From assembly GCA_963733375.1 (NCBI GenBank), contig CAVTDB010000010.1:1-64000 (forward strand): a stretch of DNA of 64,000 nt, written 5' to 3'. Shown piece by piece: positions 43,792 through 54,216 of the stretch (position 1 is the stretch's first letter; each line of letters opens with the position of its first letter). The stretch comes from Nitrospirota bacterium (GTDB taxonomy: Bacteria; Nitrospirota; JACRHJ01). The translations under genes were made by a program, and so were the position numbers. The notes under the pieces were generated by a model that worked only from the letters and a program-made list of their open reading frames with translations, had not been told where the DNA came from and searched no databases.

Positions 43792-43944
43792 TCAACCCCC
43801 TGATTCTCTTGATTGTAAAAGGGCCGCGAGAAATTTCGCTCCCATTTTGATTTCATTCCCCAGGCTTACCGGCTCCGGGGGGATTTCGCCCGAAAGCTCT
43901 TCCATCTCCAGAAAAGGAGCGGTATGTTCTTCTTCGCCGCTCAA
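43792..43944 (-). CDS. Small hypothetical protein (50 aa)
   Basis: TTG overlaps the upstream stop; LSGEEEHTAPFLEMEELSGEIPPEPVSLGNEIKMGAKFLAALLQSRESGG exactly fills the gap. Confidence 0.35.
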   Translation of the reverse strand: MSGEEEHTAPFLEMEELSGEIPPEPVSLGNEIKMGAKFLAALLQSRESGG

Positions 43945-44288
43945 ACGGTCTGCCCCATCGCCTTGGCCGCATCGGCGACTGTAGCGGCAGGCACTGCGGA
44001 GCCGAGCGCCTTGGCCACGCCAGCCACGGATTCGGCTGACGTGCTGACGCCCATCTTATAGGTCTTGTGCATTATCCCCAGGCCTGTCAATCCCATGCCC
44101 ACCAGTTTGAGGTCGGCCTGCCAGGATGTCGCTCCGCCTGGGAGTTGCAAGTCCGGGTATACCTTGCCTACGGCGACAACAACACCGTAGAGGACGAGGC
44201 ACAGCGCCCCGATTTTAGTTTTGTACCCGCTTAAACGGCTCGCAGCCATTCCAGCAAACCAGTTCGCGAACCATTCTTTTATCATCAT
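43941..44288 (-). CDS. Putative holin
   Basis: LSGYKTKIGA followed by two TM helices ending GLTGLGIMHK; next to the endolysin. Confidence 0.55.
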   Translation of the reverse strand: MMIKEWFANWFAGMAASRLSGYKTKIGALCLVLYGVVVAVGKVYPDLQLPGGATSWQADLKLVGMGLTGLGIMHKTYKMGVSTSAESVAGVAKALGSAVPAATVADAAKAMGQTV

Positions 44289-44300
44289 CTTTACCCTCCC

Positions 44301-44738
44301 CTAAGCTACCGTTTCCGTCCTCGCCTGAGCAAGCGTCAAACCCGGATGATACTCGAAATGCCCCAGGTCTCCCCTTACGCTTTTAAAATCGCCTCCCCAT
44401 AAAAGGCCCAATGATTTTCCGATATTACCCGCCTCAGTATATTTGGGTGAGTTCCAGTTTATTTTCCCGCCCTCGACGACCGCTACATCGTACGCCCGCC
44501 TGAAGTTATGCCACGAGGACCCGGGGCGCGCATTGGTGACTTTTCTCCCGCCGTCCGGTCCCCTGCCAGTCTCGTAAAGCGCGGCTTGTTCCTGTAAAGT
44601 CCGGTATCCCTGGACCACCACGAGGTCGATCCCGGCTTCACTGCATAAATCCAGGTGCCTCTGGGCGAGAGAGCGCAGTTCGGGAGTAAGGGCCGCCAGC
44701 ATCTCCCGGTTCTTTTTTTCCTGTACATCCGTCATCAT
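44301..44738 (-). CDS. M15 family (L-Ala-D-Glu peptidase) endolysin
   Basis: GYRT..EQ.ALY..GR, VTNARPGSSWHNF..AYD, LGL.WGGDF, D.GHFE. Confidence 0.88.
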   Translation of the reverse strand: MMTDVQEKKNREMLAALTPELRSLAQRHLDLCSEAGIDLVVVQGYRTLQEQAALYETGRGPDGGRKVTNARPGSSWHNFRRAYDVAVVEGGKINWNSPKYTEAGNIGKSLGLLWGGDFKSVRGDLGHFEYHPGLTLAQARTETVA

Positions 44739-44974
44739 TGCGCGAATATCCTATCAGCCATATTGTCCATTTTTGTTTCCATGCGCTCCAGCCTCTGGAG
44801 GACTTCGTCCCGCCAAAGCTCGTTATTGTGCCTGCACTCGGAGCGGGTGGTTTCGCAGTCGTGCTTACCCACGTACTTCTCCGGCGCCTGGTCCGCCGCC
44901 CTCATCGTGCGTGCGTAAAAGAACGCCAGTACGAACCCGATTGCGGCGGCCATTTCCTGCGTCAGCCAATCCAT
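44735..44974 (-). CDS. Small membrane protein (holin/hemolysin-like)
   Basis: One N-terminal TM helix plus C-terminal coiled coil (QRLERMETKMD); overlaps the endolysin start. Confidence 0.5.
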   Translation of the reverse strand: MDWLTQEMAAAIGFVLAFFYARTMRAADQAPEKYVGKHDCETTRSECRHNNELWRDEVLQRLERMETKMDNMADRIFAQ

Positions 44975-44976
44975 CT

Positions 44977-47563
44977 CTATACCTCCCGGACGATAAGCCG
45001 TAAAAGGTCCGGCTTCTTTTTTTTAAAGCTGCCGGGAACCAGAGATACATCCTCCACAAAAAATTCCGCGCCCGAGAGTGAGAATGCGGCCGAAGGCCAA
45101 TCAAACGAAATGACGTCTCCGCGCTCGACGCCAAAACAGTCGAGAAAAGTAAAAACAAGAACCCGCCTCTTCACGTCTTTATAGCGGGTGATAAAGAAAT
45201 CCCGCAGGTCGGACGCCTCGGAGGCAAATGAAATAAAGTCAAAAAAGAAGGGACGCGAAGGTGTCATTTTCCCGAACCTGGAGGCGGAGGTCGGGTCTCC
45301 GCCGGATGGATAAAGCGCTGTCTGGGAACAGACGGATAAATAGCCCGCGGAGTTTGCGCCTTTACCAAAATCCCGCTGGTAGTGCAGGTCGAGAGCGTTT
45401 ATCAGCTCGTCCCTTGCCGTACGGTAAACCTCCAGGCCATCTAACTGGACGAGTTCTTTCCCCAGGGTCAAGTCCGGGGACAGCGAACCGTTGGACAGGA
45501 ATTTTATTTTTGCCGCGTATCCGTCGTGCTTGAGCGCCAGGCGCGACTGCATGCAGAGTTTCTCGATGAACTTAAACCCGCCGACCACCGTATCGATTAC
45601 ACCGGCAAACTTATAACCTGCCGGCTATCGCGCCTGCCAGCGAAGAGCGGGCGGAGGCGAACGAGCCGTCTATTTCCGATGTCGGCGTGCCCAGGTAATT
45701 CGCGAGGAAATGACGGATTACGTCCGCCGGGTTTTCTATCAGCGCGCCCGGCGTGCCTGTGATGCTCCCGGAGGCGTCGTCGAAATTGCCGTCCACGTCG
45801 CATGTAACCGTACCGCCGATCACATAATCCGCCGCCGATCTGCCGGAGAGGGCGACTCCGGTAGCAGGCGAGGCGCCGCCGTTATACGGCACGTAAGTCA
45901 CCTCTACCCATTGCTCGAAAAATGCGGCTGACGCAACTCCGGAGTAATACGTGGCGCGGATGGACATACCGGAGAAATCGTTCCAGGAAACTGCGCCCGT
46001 CGCGGCGCGGGAGAGAGTCCCGGCGGTCTTGCACGTCTGCATCGACGAGCCGCCGCCCTGGACATACGCGCCGGCGAATATTCCCCCACGGATCGTGCTC
46101 CTGCCGACCCCGTTATAGGTTGCCTGTCCGATTGCGGCGCAGAGTTTCGCGCCGACTATATATCCTTTATCCGTCGCCAGGAACGAGCGGACCGTGTCGA
46201 TATAGCCGTCCGCGACGATTATTGCGCCGAAAGCGCCCAGGTTCTTGTCGCACAGGGCAGCGGCGCTCCCGGCGGCGGGGGCGTCGAACAGGTCCTGGAC
46301 CGCATCCTGAAAAACGGTCTCGGTCTGGGTTCGGATTATCGCGCCGGTATAACTCCCGGCAGCCATCGTCCTCCCTTCCACGCTCTGCACGTCGATATAA
46401 TTAGAGCCGTTGCCGGTGATGTAGAAATAGTATCCGGCAGAATCCATGAACGCCATGCCCACATGTTCGTTCGCCGTCCACGCGGGGTTTACGGAGGCCG
46501 TCCAGCGCGTAGTCGTCGTCCTGCTCCCTTGTCCGCTCCACGAGGAGTCCGTGTGGGAATGGCTGCCTTCGCCGACGCTTAAATCCACCGCTTTTTCCAG
46601 TACGAATTTGTCGCTGAAGGAGAGCTTTGCCCTCCCGCCGCCGTCGTCCGTGGTGCGGGTAACTCCGGAGAGTACCCGTACGCCGCCGACATAGACGTCC
46701 CCGATGGACCGGACGGGATGCCCGGCCACAAGGTAATCGTAGGCGCTTTTTATCTCGAATACCTTCGCGCCCATCTTATGGGATGCGGCCGTTGTCCCGG
46801 CCGCGGCGCGAGAGACGCCGGTCAGTATCTTCCCGGAGAGGCCGGTATAGCTTATTTGCTCCTCGCCCACCTGCAGCAGCCCCGAAGATGGAAACGCCAT
46901 CTCACCGGGCGCAAGGGAGAGCTCGATACCCGCCGTCTGGGCCAGCGTAACGTCCGAGGCCAGCGTGGAGACCGCTCCGGCGGAGACCGCCGGGCATGGG
47001 ACGCCGTTCACGGAGCCGTATATTATCTTTTCTATTTCACCGACCGCGTGAGGGTCCGCATCCGGCCAGGCGTCTCTGCTGATTACCGTGCCTACTGACC
47101 GGTCCCTGTCCTTGAACGTCCCGGCCAGAGATAGCCTGACGGAACTTTCATCATAGGAGACGGAGGCCGACTTGGCCGTATATTTCGCGCCGGAGGATGG
47201 AGCGGAAATTTTAAATTTCCCGACGGTCTCCTTGTCGGCATAATCCGTCCCCTCAAACCACAGGAACAGCTCGACCTCTGTATTTTCCGGGTCGCCTGAT
47301 TCAATCAACGTTGAAAAAGGCGGGGTCGCCGAGTTGGCGACCTCGATCTCCATATCCGGGAGAGCGATTGAGAAAAGTCCCTTGCCGGCGGCGGCGGGCA
47401 CGCCCCAGCCCGTGACAAGACCCGAAAACGCCGGGCCGCCGCCCGGGGTTACGTCCCTGTCCGAGAGGAAGACATCGCCGCCCGCGAAATGAAAAACAGC
47501 GAGGATATAAGCAGGCGAACGTCCCGCCGCCGCCTGGGCAAAATTATCGTTCACTGTGCGCAT
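44977..47563 (-). CDS. Phage tail-tip/baseplate hub-like protein (frameshift near 45620)
   Basis: WPDADP.AVG...IIYG; insertion with VGEEQISYTG..L..VSR; LIENPADVIRH; C-terminal ERGDVI; ORFs 45611..47563 and 44977..45588 join via GYKFAG. Confidence 0.6.
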
Positions 47564-47973
47564 CAGCCGATTATCTCCTTCAGGAGCAGAGTACCCTCCC
47601 AGGCGCCGTCATCCGTGAGGGAGAATTCGAGCTTGTCCTGGCCGAATACCACGGAATGCGATTTCCCGAACGGGTCGGCGTACGTGAAACTCTTGCCCGA
47701 CTGGCTGATGAACCAGTTGACGAGGCTCTGGCTGCCGGAGGCCTGGGCGCCCGCGGCGTAATCGAACCCGCCGTCGAAATCGGCCGCCGGAAGGCCGATG
47801 AAATTCAATGCGATAAGCATCGAGCTATTGCCCTTGCGGATGAAGATGTCTTCGCCGCCCTCGCTCTTTAAAGGGACGAGGCCCGGGTCCAGCGTAACCT
47901 TGCCCGGATAGCTGGGGTTCACGGAGAAGTTGAGCGCAGTCAAACCGACCGCGGTAAAGGAAGCGCCAGGCAT
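47563..47973 (-). CDS. Putative distal-tail (Dit)-like protein
   Basis: ~137 aa beta-rich protein ending GKSFTYADP.G....V.F...L.F......W.G.LLLKE, directly before the hub. Confidence 0.4.
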   Translation of the reverse strand: MPGASFTAVGLTALNFSVNPSYPGKVTLDPGLVPLKSEGGEDIFIRKGNSSMLIALNFIGLPAADFDGGFDYAAGAQASGSQSLVNWFISQSGKSFTYADPFGKSHSVVFGQDKLEFSLTDDGAWEGTLLLKEIIG

Positions 47974-47987
47974 TAAAACCTCCATTT

Positions 47988-48419
47988 TCAGCTTTCGAGC
48001 GTGACATACCGGACCAGGTAATAATTCGCGGACGCATATGCGAAACCGTCGTGCGCGGTCACCGGTGATTCGCCCTCAAGCCTGGGGGGATAGGTCCCCA
48101 CGCCTAAGTCCACGCCGAGCAGCAGAGGGCGCACGTCCTCCAGGAGTTTCAGCGGCTCCGGAGTTACCCCGTAACGCGCGACGGCGGTGACGCCAAACGC
48201 TATCCGCTCCACGTAAGCCTGATATGGGCCCGGCTTGCATGTTGACGACAGGAAAGAGACCGCGATCGCAGGCAAAGCCGGGGCCGTGGCTAAAAGCTCC
48301 TCGGGCGGGAGAGTATCGCTGACAAAGACAGAGCGCGCCGGGCCGCCTCCGGACATGAGCATGGGCGACAGGGCAGAGACTACCGCATCCAGCAACTCTT
48401 TTCGCGTATGGATCGCCAT
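47988..48419 (-). CDS. Mu gp37-like head-completion/tail-terminator protein
   Basis: LPAIAV; LLEDVRPLLLG.DLG; position after gp36. Confidence 0.5.
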   Translation of the reverse strand: MAIHTRKELLDAVVSALSPMLMSGGGPARSVFVSDTLPPEELLATAPALPAIAVSFLSSTCKPGPYQAYVERIAFGVTAVARYGVTPEPLKLLEDVRPLLLGVDLGVGTYPPRLEGESPVTAHDGFAYASANYYLVRYVTLES

Positions 48420-48436
48420 TTATATCTCCGCCTCCA

Positions 48437-48829
48437 TCAGAAGTCCTCCATCGTGTCCCGGCTGAAGCCCCTTGGGCAGCTTGAGAATGACGGCAGGGAG
48501 GCGAAAGAAGGCAATGTAATAGTGCCGTCCGCCAGCCGCCCCAGCGTTTCGAGCGCCCTCGCGTACGAGTCCTTTACCTCCGCCGGGACCGTCGCCTGGC
48601 GGAGGTAAAGGTTGTACAGCGCTATATCCGCCGTCAGCTTTTTCACGAGCTGAGGCGGGTCGATAAGCGGCGTCTGGTACTGCTTTGAGAGTGATGCGTC
48701 CACGACCGCCTGTGCGGAAGAAATGGCGTCGTCTGCCCGCGCGGTATTTATGGAGCCGGTGGACTCGTCGTCCGTAAGACGTACTAATACGTCCTCCGGG
48801 GCAGCTAAATCGGAGACGGATATGTACAT
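48437..48829 (-). CDS. Mu gp36/DUF1320 head-tail adaptor
   Basis: MYISVSDL...LVRLTDD...AI..A.A.VD..L..QY.TPL...P.L....DIALY.LY...Y..AL..L..LADG.ITL. Confidence 0.85.
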   Translation of the reverse strand: MYISVSDLAAPEDVLVRLTDDESTGSINTARADDAISSAQAVVDASLSKQYQTPLIDPPQLVKKLTADIALYNLYLRQATVPAEVKDSYARALETLGRLADGTITLPSFASLPSFSSCPRGFSRDTMEDF

Positions 48830-48830
48830 A

Positions 48831-49718
48831 TTAAACCGTCCCGTCGGACCCGTACGCCAGCTGCCAGAGGCCATAGCCCGCGTTGTCTCTGGAGTCCACG
48901 CCGAAAACATATTCCTTCTTCATGAACGTGCCTTCGTCATCGGGGGTGTCTTTCGAGACGAATACGGGCGCTTTCCGCCTCTGGAAGATGAACGGCTTCA
49001 CGGCCTTTTTCGTATCCAGGAGGTACCAGGCCGTGGGGCTGCCTGAGAGATACGGGGCGACGACCAGGTCGGCCGATTCCTTATAGATATTCGAACCGCC
49101 GTTTACGTCCAGGTCCGCCCTGAGTATCTCCAGCGCCGCCTTCTCGAGCTGTGGCGGGACGACGAGCAGGTCCGGCACCGCGTTCAGGGGCTTTCCGTGC
49201 TCATCCGTGAGCGACATCATCTGCGCGCGCGCGGCGGCATAGCTGTCGGACGTGAGCGCGGCCGTGCTCTTGTTGGACTGGGTGGACGAGCCGTTCGGGT
49301 GCGCCGTGTCGAAGAAGGGCCTGCCGTCGTAACACGGATTGACAAAGCCGCCGGCTAAGAGGTCGAAGACCAGTTCGTCCGGATGCGTCGCGGATGCGTC
49401 GGCAAGGGCACGGACCATGGGCGTATATATGCCCACCGCATCGTCCTCCACGTCGTTTCTGTCAAGGGCCACGGTGGCTTCCCAGTCACGGTTCTTTATG
49501 GTGTACGAGTAGGCGGAGAGGTTCTGTATCATACGCTCGCCCACCCATTCGCGCATCTTGGGCACGCGGCCCAGCCAGTTGTACTGCTCTTCACGGGAGG
49601 TGGAAGGTACTTCGGTCGCGACGCGGGGGTACAGCACGGAGGCGTTATCGAAGACCTCCTTGAAGATCGCGGAGAAGCCGCGGTAAAGAGAAGATAAATT
49701 TGCCTGGTTGATTATCAT
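48831..49718 (-). CDS. Mu-like major head subunit gpT
   Basis: VPST...E.YNWLG.VP.MREWVGER, YTIKNRDWEATV, HPDELVF.LL..GF...CYDG.PFFDT.HP, KPFIFQ.R, GVDSR.NAGYG.WQLAY. Confidence 0.92.
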   Translation of the reverse strand: MIINQANLSSLYRGFSAIFKEVFDNASVLYPRVATEVPSTSREEQYNWLGRVPKMREWVGERMIQNLSAYSYTIKNRDWEATVALDRNDVEDDAVGIYTPMVRALADASATHPDELVFDLLAGGFVNPCYDGRPFFDTAHPNGSSTQSNKSTAALTSDSYAAARAQMMSLTDEHGKPLNAVPDLLVVPPQLEKAALEILRADLDVNGGSNIYKESADLVVAPYLSGSPTAWYLLDTKKAVKPFIFQRRKAPVFVSKDTPDDEGTFMKKEYVFGVDSRDNAGYGLWQLAYGSDGTV

Positions 49719-49727
49719 TTTTCCTCC

Positions 49728-50137
49728 TTATATTCTGCTGATGTCTATATAGACGCTGGTCGCGGAGACGTACTCGGAAATGACCCCGCATTTGATGTGG
49801 TTGGTGGACCCGCCGGTGAGGCCGACGTTCTGGTCGTCCAGGGCAAAGACGGCGTCGCCCGCGTTTGAAAGCGCCATCCCGGAGGCGGCCAGGTTGAAAC
49901 AGCCGCGCCTCCACACCTCTACCTGCAAGCTTCCGCTTGCGCCGGCGGAGTTGTCCGCATACGCTCTGGCAATGCCCATGAACTTAAGCCCCGCCGTGTC
50001 CGAAGCCGGTACGGCATAACCGTCCGCGCCGATGCAGACCATCCCCCCGGCATAGATTACCGCCCCGCCTTTTACCGGGTATGAGCGTACTTCCCTTCCT
50101 TCCTTACCGTGTCCCTGTCATTTGTCAGTGCCGACAT
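49728..50137 (-). CDS. Capsid cement/decoration-like protein of Mu-like phages (frameshift near 50090)
   Basis: MSALTNDRDT...YPVKGGAVIYAGGMV...GYAVPA...G.A...ADNS.GA.G...V.V.R.G.F...DDQ.V. Confidence 0.7.
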
Positions 50138-50147
50138 CGATACCTCC

Positions 50148-51229
50148 TTAGTTGGTTGTGAATTTAAATACCGGCTGCTTTACGTCCGGACCGAAGTTCA
50201 GCGCCGTTAGCGGGCGCACTAAATCGCGGTTTATGGTGCGGGCGAGCGACCTGGCGTCCGCGCGGACGATGTCCATCCGCACCCCGTCATGCACCAGCTC
50301 CGGCGGCAAGGCTCCCGCTGCTCCCCACTTCCGTCGTGAGGGTCTGGCCCAGCACCGCCTTTGAAATCTCCTTGTTCATCACGTCTACCAGGTCCTTATA
50401 AGGTCCGCCGGACCCGCTCTTCGCCGCCTCGATGAACTGGATGCGGGTGCTCTCCGATATTATCCCGGCCGCGTCCGAACCCAGGTTGGTCACGGCTTCC
50501 ATGAGCGCGTCCTTGTCCTCTTTCGACGCCGACGGTGAGTAAACGCCAAGGCGAAGTGGCATCCCGAATACCTCGCAGAAAGATACCCAGTCCTTGAGGG
50601 CATAGTTCTTGAACAGGTATATCCAGGAGAGCGTCCGGAGAAGGCCTCCCCGCTCCGGGTAATCCGCGCCCGCGCGGTACACGTGCACCATGAACTTCGA
50701 CGGCGGAAGCGGGATGCCATATACCGGCTCGGCATCCGTCAGAAGGAGCGGCCGCTCGGAGGGGCCGTCCTGGGAGAGAAAGGTGAAGCGTTTTTGCGGC
50801 CTCTTCTTCAGGCTCCGCGGGACGAGGAAGTCATGGTCCAGTTCCCAGAGTAATCTCCGATACGGAAAATCCCTTGCCGACGGCATCCATCAAATCCGCC
50901 AGCGACTCGTCGAAGTTATCGAGCACTGGAGAGGCAGTCGGAAACGAACGACGCCGCTTCTGTTTCGGCCGGCCGCCGCCGCTTCCCGGGACTATCTCCC
51001 AGGGACAGCCGGCGACGGAGAGCTTCCGGGTCTGGAGGCAGGAGAACAGATGCGCGTCCTTCTGCTCCATCTCGGAGAAAAGCTCCGCCTGCATGTTTAT
51101 ATAACCAGCATCGGCGTCCCGTAGTATCCGGGACAGCTTCCCTGGAGTCAGGCCGGACGAGGGATAATCGGACCAGCGGTCCCTCAGCGACGCGGTGGCG
51201 ATTTCTTTTGTATATTCTTTTTTGTTCAT
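50148..51229 (-). CDS. Mu gp29/DUF935 portal protein, ~360 aa, C-terminally short (frameshifts near 50950, 50850, 50300)
   Basis: PSSGLTP..L..IL..AD.G; D.HL...LQTRK; DAVGKGFSV.EI; GGLLR...W.YLFKNY..KDW..F.E.FG.P.R.G; ISKAVLGQTLTT; GS.A...VH..VR.DI..ADA. Confidence 0.85.
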
Positions 51230-52099
51230 TTAATTTGAGTTCGCGTAGCGGAAGAAGGTTTTGTTGTCCAGTCCCAGCAGGCTGTTGACCCGCGCCTGCG
51301 AAGGCTCCGGGAGGTCGTCCGCCGGGAGTCCGTCGAACGGCGCGCTTTTAGCCGCCTTGCCGCAGAACTCGGCAAAGCCCTCCGGGTCCACGTCCGCATA
51401 CGAACGCGCCCACGGAAGGAGCGCGGGGGTAATCTTCCCGTTGGATAGCGCCTGGCGTACCATCGCTTCCGTCTTATACTTCTTGAGAGTCGCCTTCAGC
51501 GCCAGGTGCTCCGTCTCCGTCACGAAACCGGACGGATGGATAAGCGACTCGGTTTTTTCCTTCACCGCGTCCGCCTCTGCATCCTCCGGGAGGTCCAGGA
51601 ACTTCAGCACCTCCATATACAAACTTTTGAAATCTCTCTGCATGGAGTTTACGACCGGGGCCATGCCGTCTATTGCGGGCAGGTTCGTGAGAGCCGCGCC
51701 CAGAAGCTCAACGGCTCGCCCGTCTTTCTTGCGGACGAGCACGACCGGCGAGAGGTAGCGGTACTCCCGGTTCCTAAGGTATTCCTTCGCGCGGTCCGTC
51801 CACTGCACCTTCGCCCAGAGCCCTTCTGACCCCTTGTCCACCAGTTCCTTTATCCAGCCGGCCGCCGGGGCCTCGGAGCCGGATAAGCTCTGGTGCTCGT
51901 AGTCGATTACCAGGTCGGTATTCGAATCGGCAAAGGCTTTCAGTATCAGCCCCTTCGCCTCCTCGTCCACATTGAACTGCATCTTCCCTTTAGGCGATAC
52001 CTCGCCCGACGGCAGGATCTGCACCTCTTCCGGCACGTCGTTGCCGGACAGGTCAAGCCCGCACTCCAGCGTAAACGAAAGCTTCTCTGAAGACTCCAA
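51230..52099 (-). CDS. Mu-like prohead protease/scaffold (gpI)
   Basis: LVIDYEHQS, APAAGWI, V.WT.RA...L...EYRY.SPV, AALTN.PAIDGM, GKITPA...WA. Confidence 0.9.
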   Translation of the reverse strand: MESSEKLSFTLECGLDLSGNDVPEEVQILPSGEVSPKGKMQFNVDEEAKGLILKAFADSNTDLVIDYEHQSLSGSEAPAAGWIKELVDKGSEGLWAKVQWTDRAKEYLRNREYRYLSPVVLVRKKDGRAVELLGAALTNLPAIDGMAPVVNSMQRDFKSLYMEVLKFLDLPEDAEADAVKEKTESLIHPSGFVTETEHLALKATLKKYKTEAMVRQALSNGKITPALLPWARSYADVDPEGFAEFCGKAAKSAPFDGLPADDLPEPSQARVNSLLGLDNKTFFRYANSN

Positions 52100-52114
52100 T
52101 ATATACCTCCTTTT

Positions 52115-53707
52115 TTAGAAACCCTTTTTCTTGCCGCGCCTTGAAAACCCTTCGTACTCCACTCTTTGCGGCGCGCGTACAGGGAACTCGTATTCGATGA
52201 AATATCCTATGGCGTCGGTGATGTGCTCGTCGCCCTTCGTCTTGTCCAGGATGGACGTGCCGTCTTTCCAGGCGGTCCGCTCAAAGGAGCGGATACTCTC
52301 GCGGCAGGCGGAGGAGATTACCAGTTCGGGCGGTCCGCCGGACAGTACCTTATTTACCGCGTTCACCCTGTCCCTGACATGCGGTGAAGAATTCCTCGCC
52401 CGCACTTCAAAGCCGTTAGTCGAAAGCACGGCGAAATCCGACGTCGCGCCGGGGAGCCCGGCTGTCTTTCTCGCCCGGCCGGTCGGGTCCGGGTAGGCGG
52501 CTATCGCAATATCGCCGTACCGGTCCCTCGCCGCCTCGCATAGTTCCCACGTATTGGAGGACCGGATGACAATTTCGTCCACAACCCTCACCTCTTTACC
52601 CGCGACCTGTATGAACGCGGCGTGGAGCGGGTCTACGTTAAAGTCCACCGCCATCGTAAGCGGATAAGCCGGGTCGTATGCCAGGCCTTCCCTGACGTGC
52701 CTTTCGCGGGAGAACTCCGGATAGACCCTGCCCGCATGCGGGTTCACGAACTCGCCCGATACGTATTGCCGGGCAATGTTCGCTCCGTAAGCCTCAATCA
52801 AGTCATCCGCATAGTCCGGCGGGAGGTGGACGTTTTCCTTCGTGCTTGCGGTGATGAGGCGGTAGCCGCGCTTTCGCTTCTCCACGAACTCCTCGAAAAG
52901 CCAGTTATAGCCTTCGGGAGTGGTGGTAATGAACGCGCGTAGCCATTTTGCTTCCGGATGCCTGAGGCGCGAAATCAGCACCTCCCACGCGGCGCGCGAG
53001 ACAAGCGCCCCCTCGTCGATTCCGACCCACGCGAGGCTTGGCCCTTTAAGCCGCTCCGGCGAATCCGCCGAGCGGAACATGACCTTCGAGCCCCACGGGA
53101 GAAACAGGTTCGAGTTCGAGCTGAAGCCACTTGTACTTGATGCCCGCCCGGTCCAGTATCTCCAGGAAAACGGGCAGGGTCGCGTCCTGCAACATCCCGT
53201 AAGTCGGCGCGACGACCATGCCGGGAAGTCCCCGGTTTATGACTGAGAGCCTTATCGCCTCATGGCATCCGGAGAACGTCTTGCCGGAGCCGTACCCGCC
53301 GACGTAGGCTTTGTATTTCGAGCGGGAGCGGTGGAAGGCCGCCTGGGCCGGGAGCATCCTGTATTTTATGCCGAGTTCGCGGAAGCTCAATGTCTGTGCG
53401 CCCCCGTCAGGGTCTTCCCACCGGACAACCATCTCTTCCGGCCACTGTTCCTGTTCCTGCTTATGGTCGGCAAGGCCCAGGACGCCCCGTTCTCCTAAGA
53501 CCGCTTCCTTATAAGTGGAGACCAGCGACTTCATGTCCGATACCTTCAAGGAGGCTTCGGCTTTCTTTTTCCCCATGCCTTTCGGCGCGGGCAGGAGGCT
53601 CGTCGGACAACAGGGACAGAGCGCGAAGAGCCGCGTTCTGAAACCTCCTGAAGCCCGTCAGGTGCCGCTCTGTTTATACTGGCGTCGTCGTTTTTCGGCT
53701 TTGTCAT
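52115..53707 (-). CDS. Terminase large subunit (Terminase_6/PBSX-like) with N-terminal TerS-like extension; frameshifts near 53650, 53590, 53115
   Basis: Q..FH, YVGGYGSGKT Walker A, VVAPTY, RL.G.SL.WV.IDE Walker B, TTTPEG, AVDFNVDP, YPDP.G, EHITDA.GY. Confidence 0.88.
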
Positions 53708-53716
53708 CGCGGACTC

Positions 53717-54010
53717 CTAAGCTATTTCCTGAATGAACCACTGAGGCGGCGCGAGGACTTCCATCCAGCGCCAGCCGTCTCTTTTTACCATCAGGCCGAG
53801 CTTGTGCTCATTCCAAAGAGACTGGGCCGCATCAGACAGTGCCGGCGCGGCCGGGTCCGCGGCGCTTTGCTCCGGGGCCTGGGGCGCAAAAAAATATTTC
53901 CCGCAGATAGGGCAGCGGGCGGTGACGTAATTTCTTATCAATACCCTGGAACCGCATTTATCGCAGCCGACCCCTGCCCCCGCGTGAGGGCTACGCTCCG
54001 TCGTGCTCAT
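53717..54010 (-). CDS. Small zinc-ribbon protein
   Basis: CDKC...CPIC; GGAGG RBS; first gene after the repeat motif. Confidence 0.55.
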   Translation of the reverse strand: MSTTERSPHAGAGVGCDKCGSRVLIRNYVTARCPICGKYFFAPQAPEQSAADPAAPALSDAAQSLWNEHKLGLMVKRDGWRWMEVLAPPQWFIQEIA

Positions 54011-54118
54011 AGTGGCGCCTCCTGTAGTTGCTTAATTGCTTCCCCATTTCAGGGCCTTCGTTCTTTGCGCGTCCGCTTCGCTCTATCCGGAGCTTTGCGG
54101 GCGGTTTTTCTTGTTTCC

Positions 54119-54216
54119 CACTATATGCCGGATTTGTACGGCAAGATTCATGCGCAATCCCCTGGAAGAAATGCGCCTCATTTGGCCTTCACTATATGCC
54201 GCTTTTGTACGGCAAG
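54119..54216 (-). promoter_or_regulatory. Two 27-bp direct repeats with internal palindrome (putative operator/promoter)
   Basis: CACTATATGCCG(GA/CT)TTTGTACGGCAAG at 54119-54145 and 54190-54216. Confidence 0.65.

Noticed and set aside
54015-54118. c-di-GMP-I riboswitch-like CGCAAAGCTCCGG in the operon leader (minus strand)
   Set aside because: Lacks the upstream GGCAAAC/GAAA-tetraloop stem; only a short match
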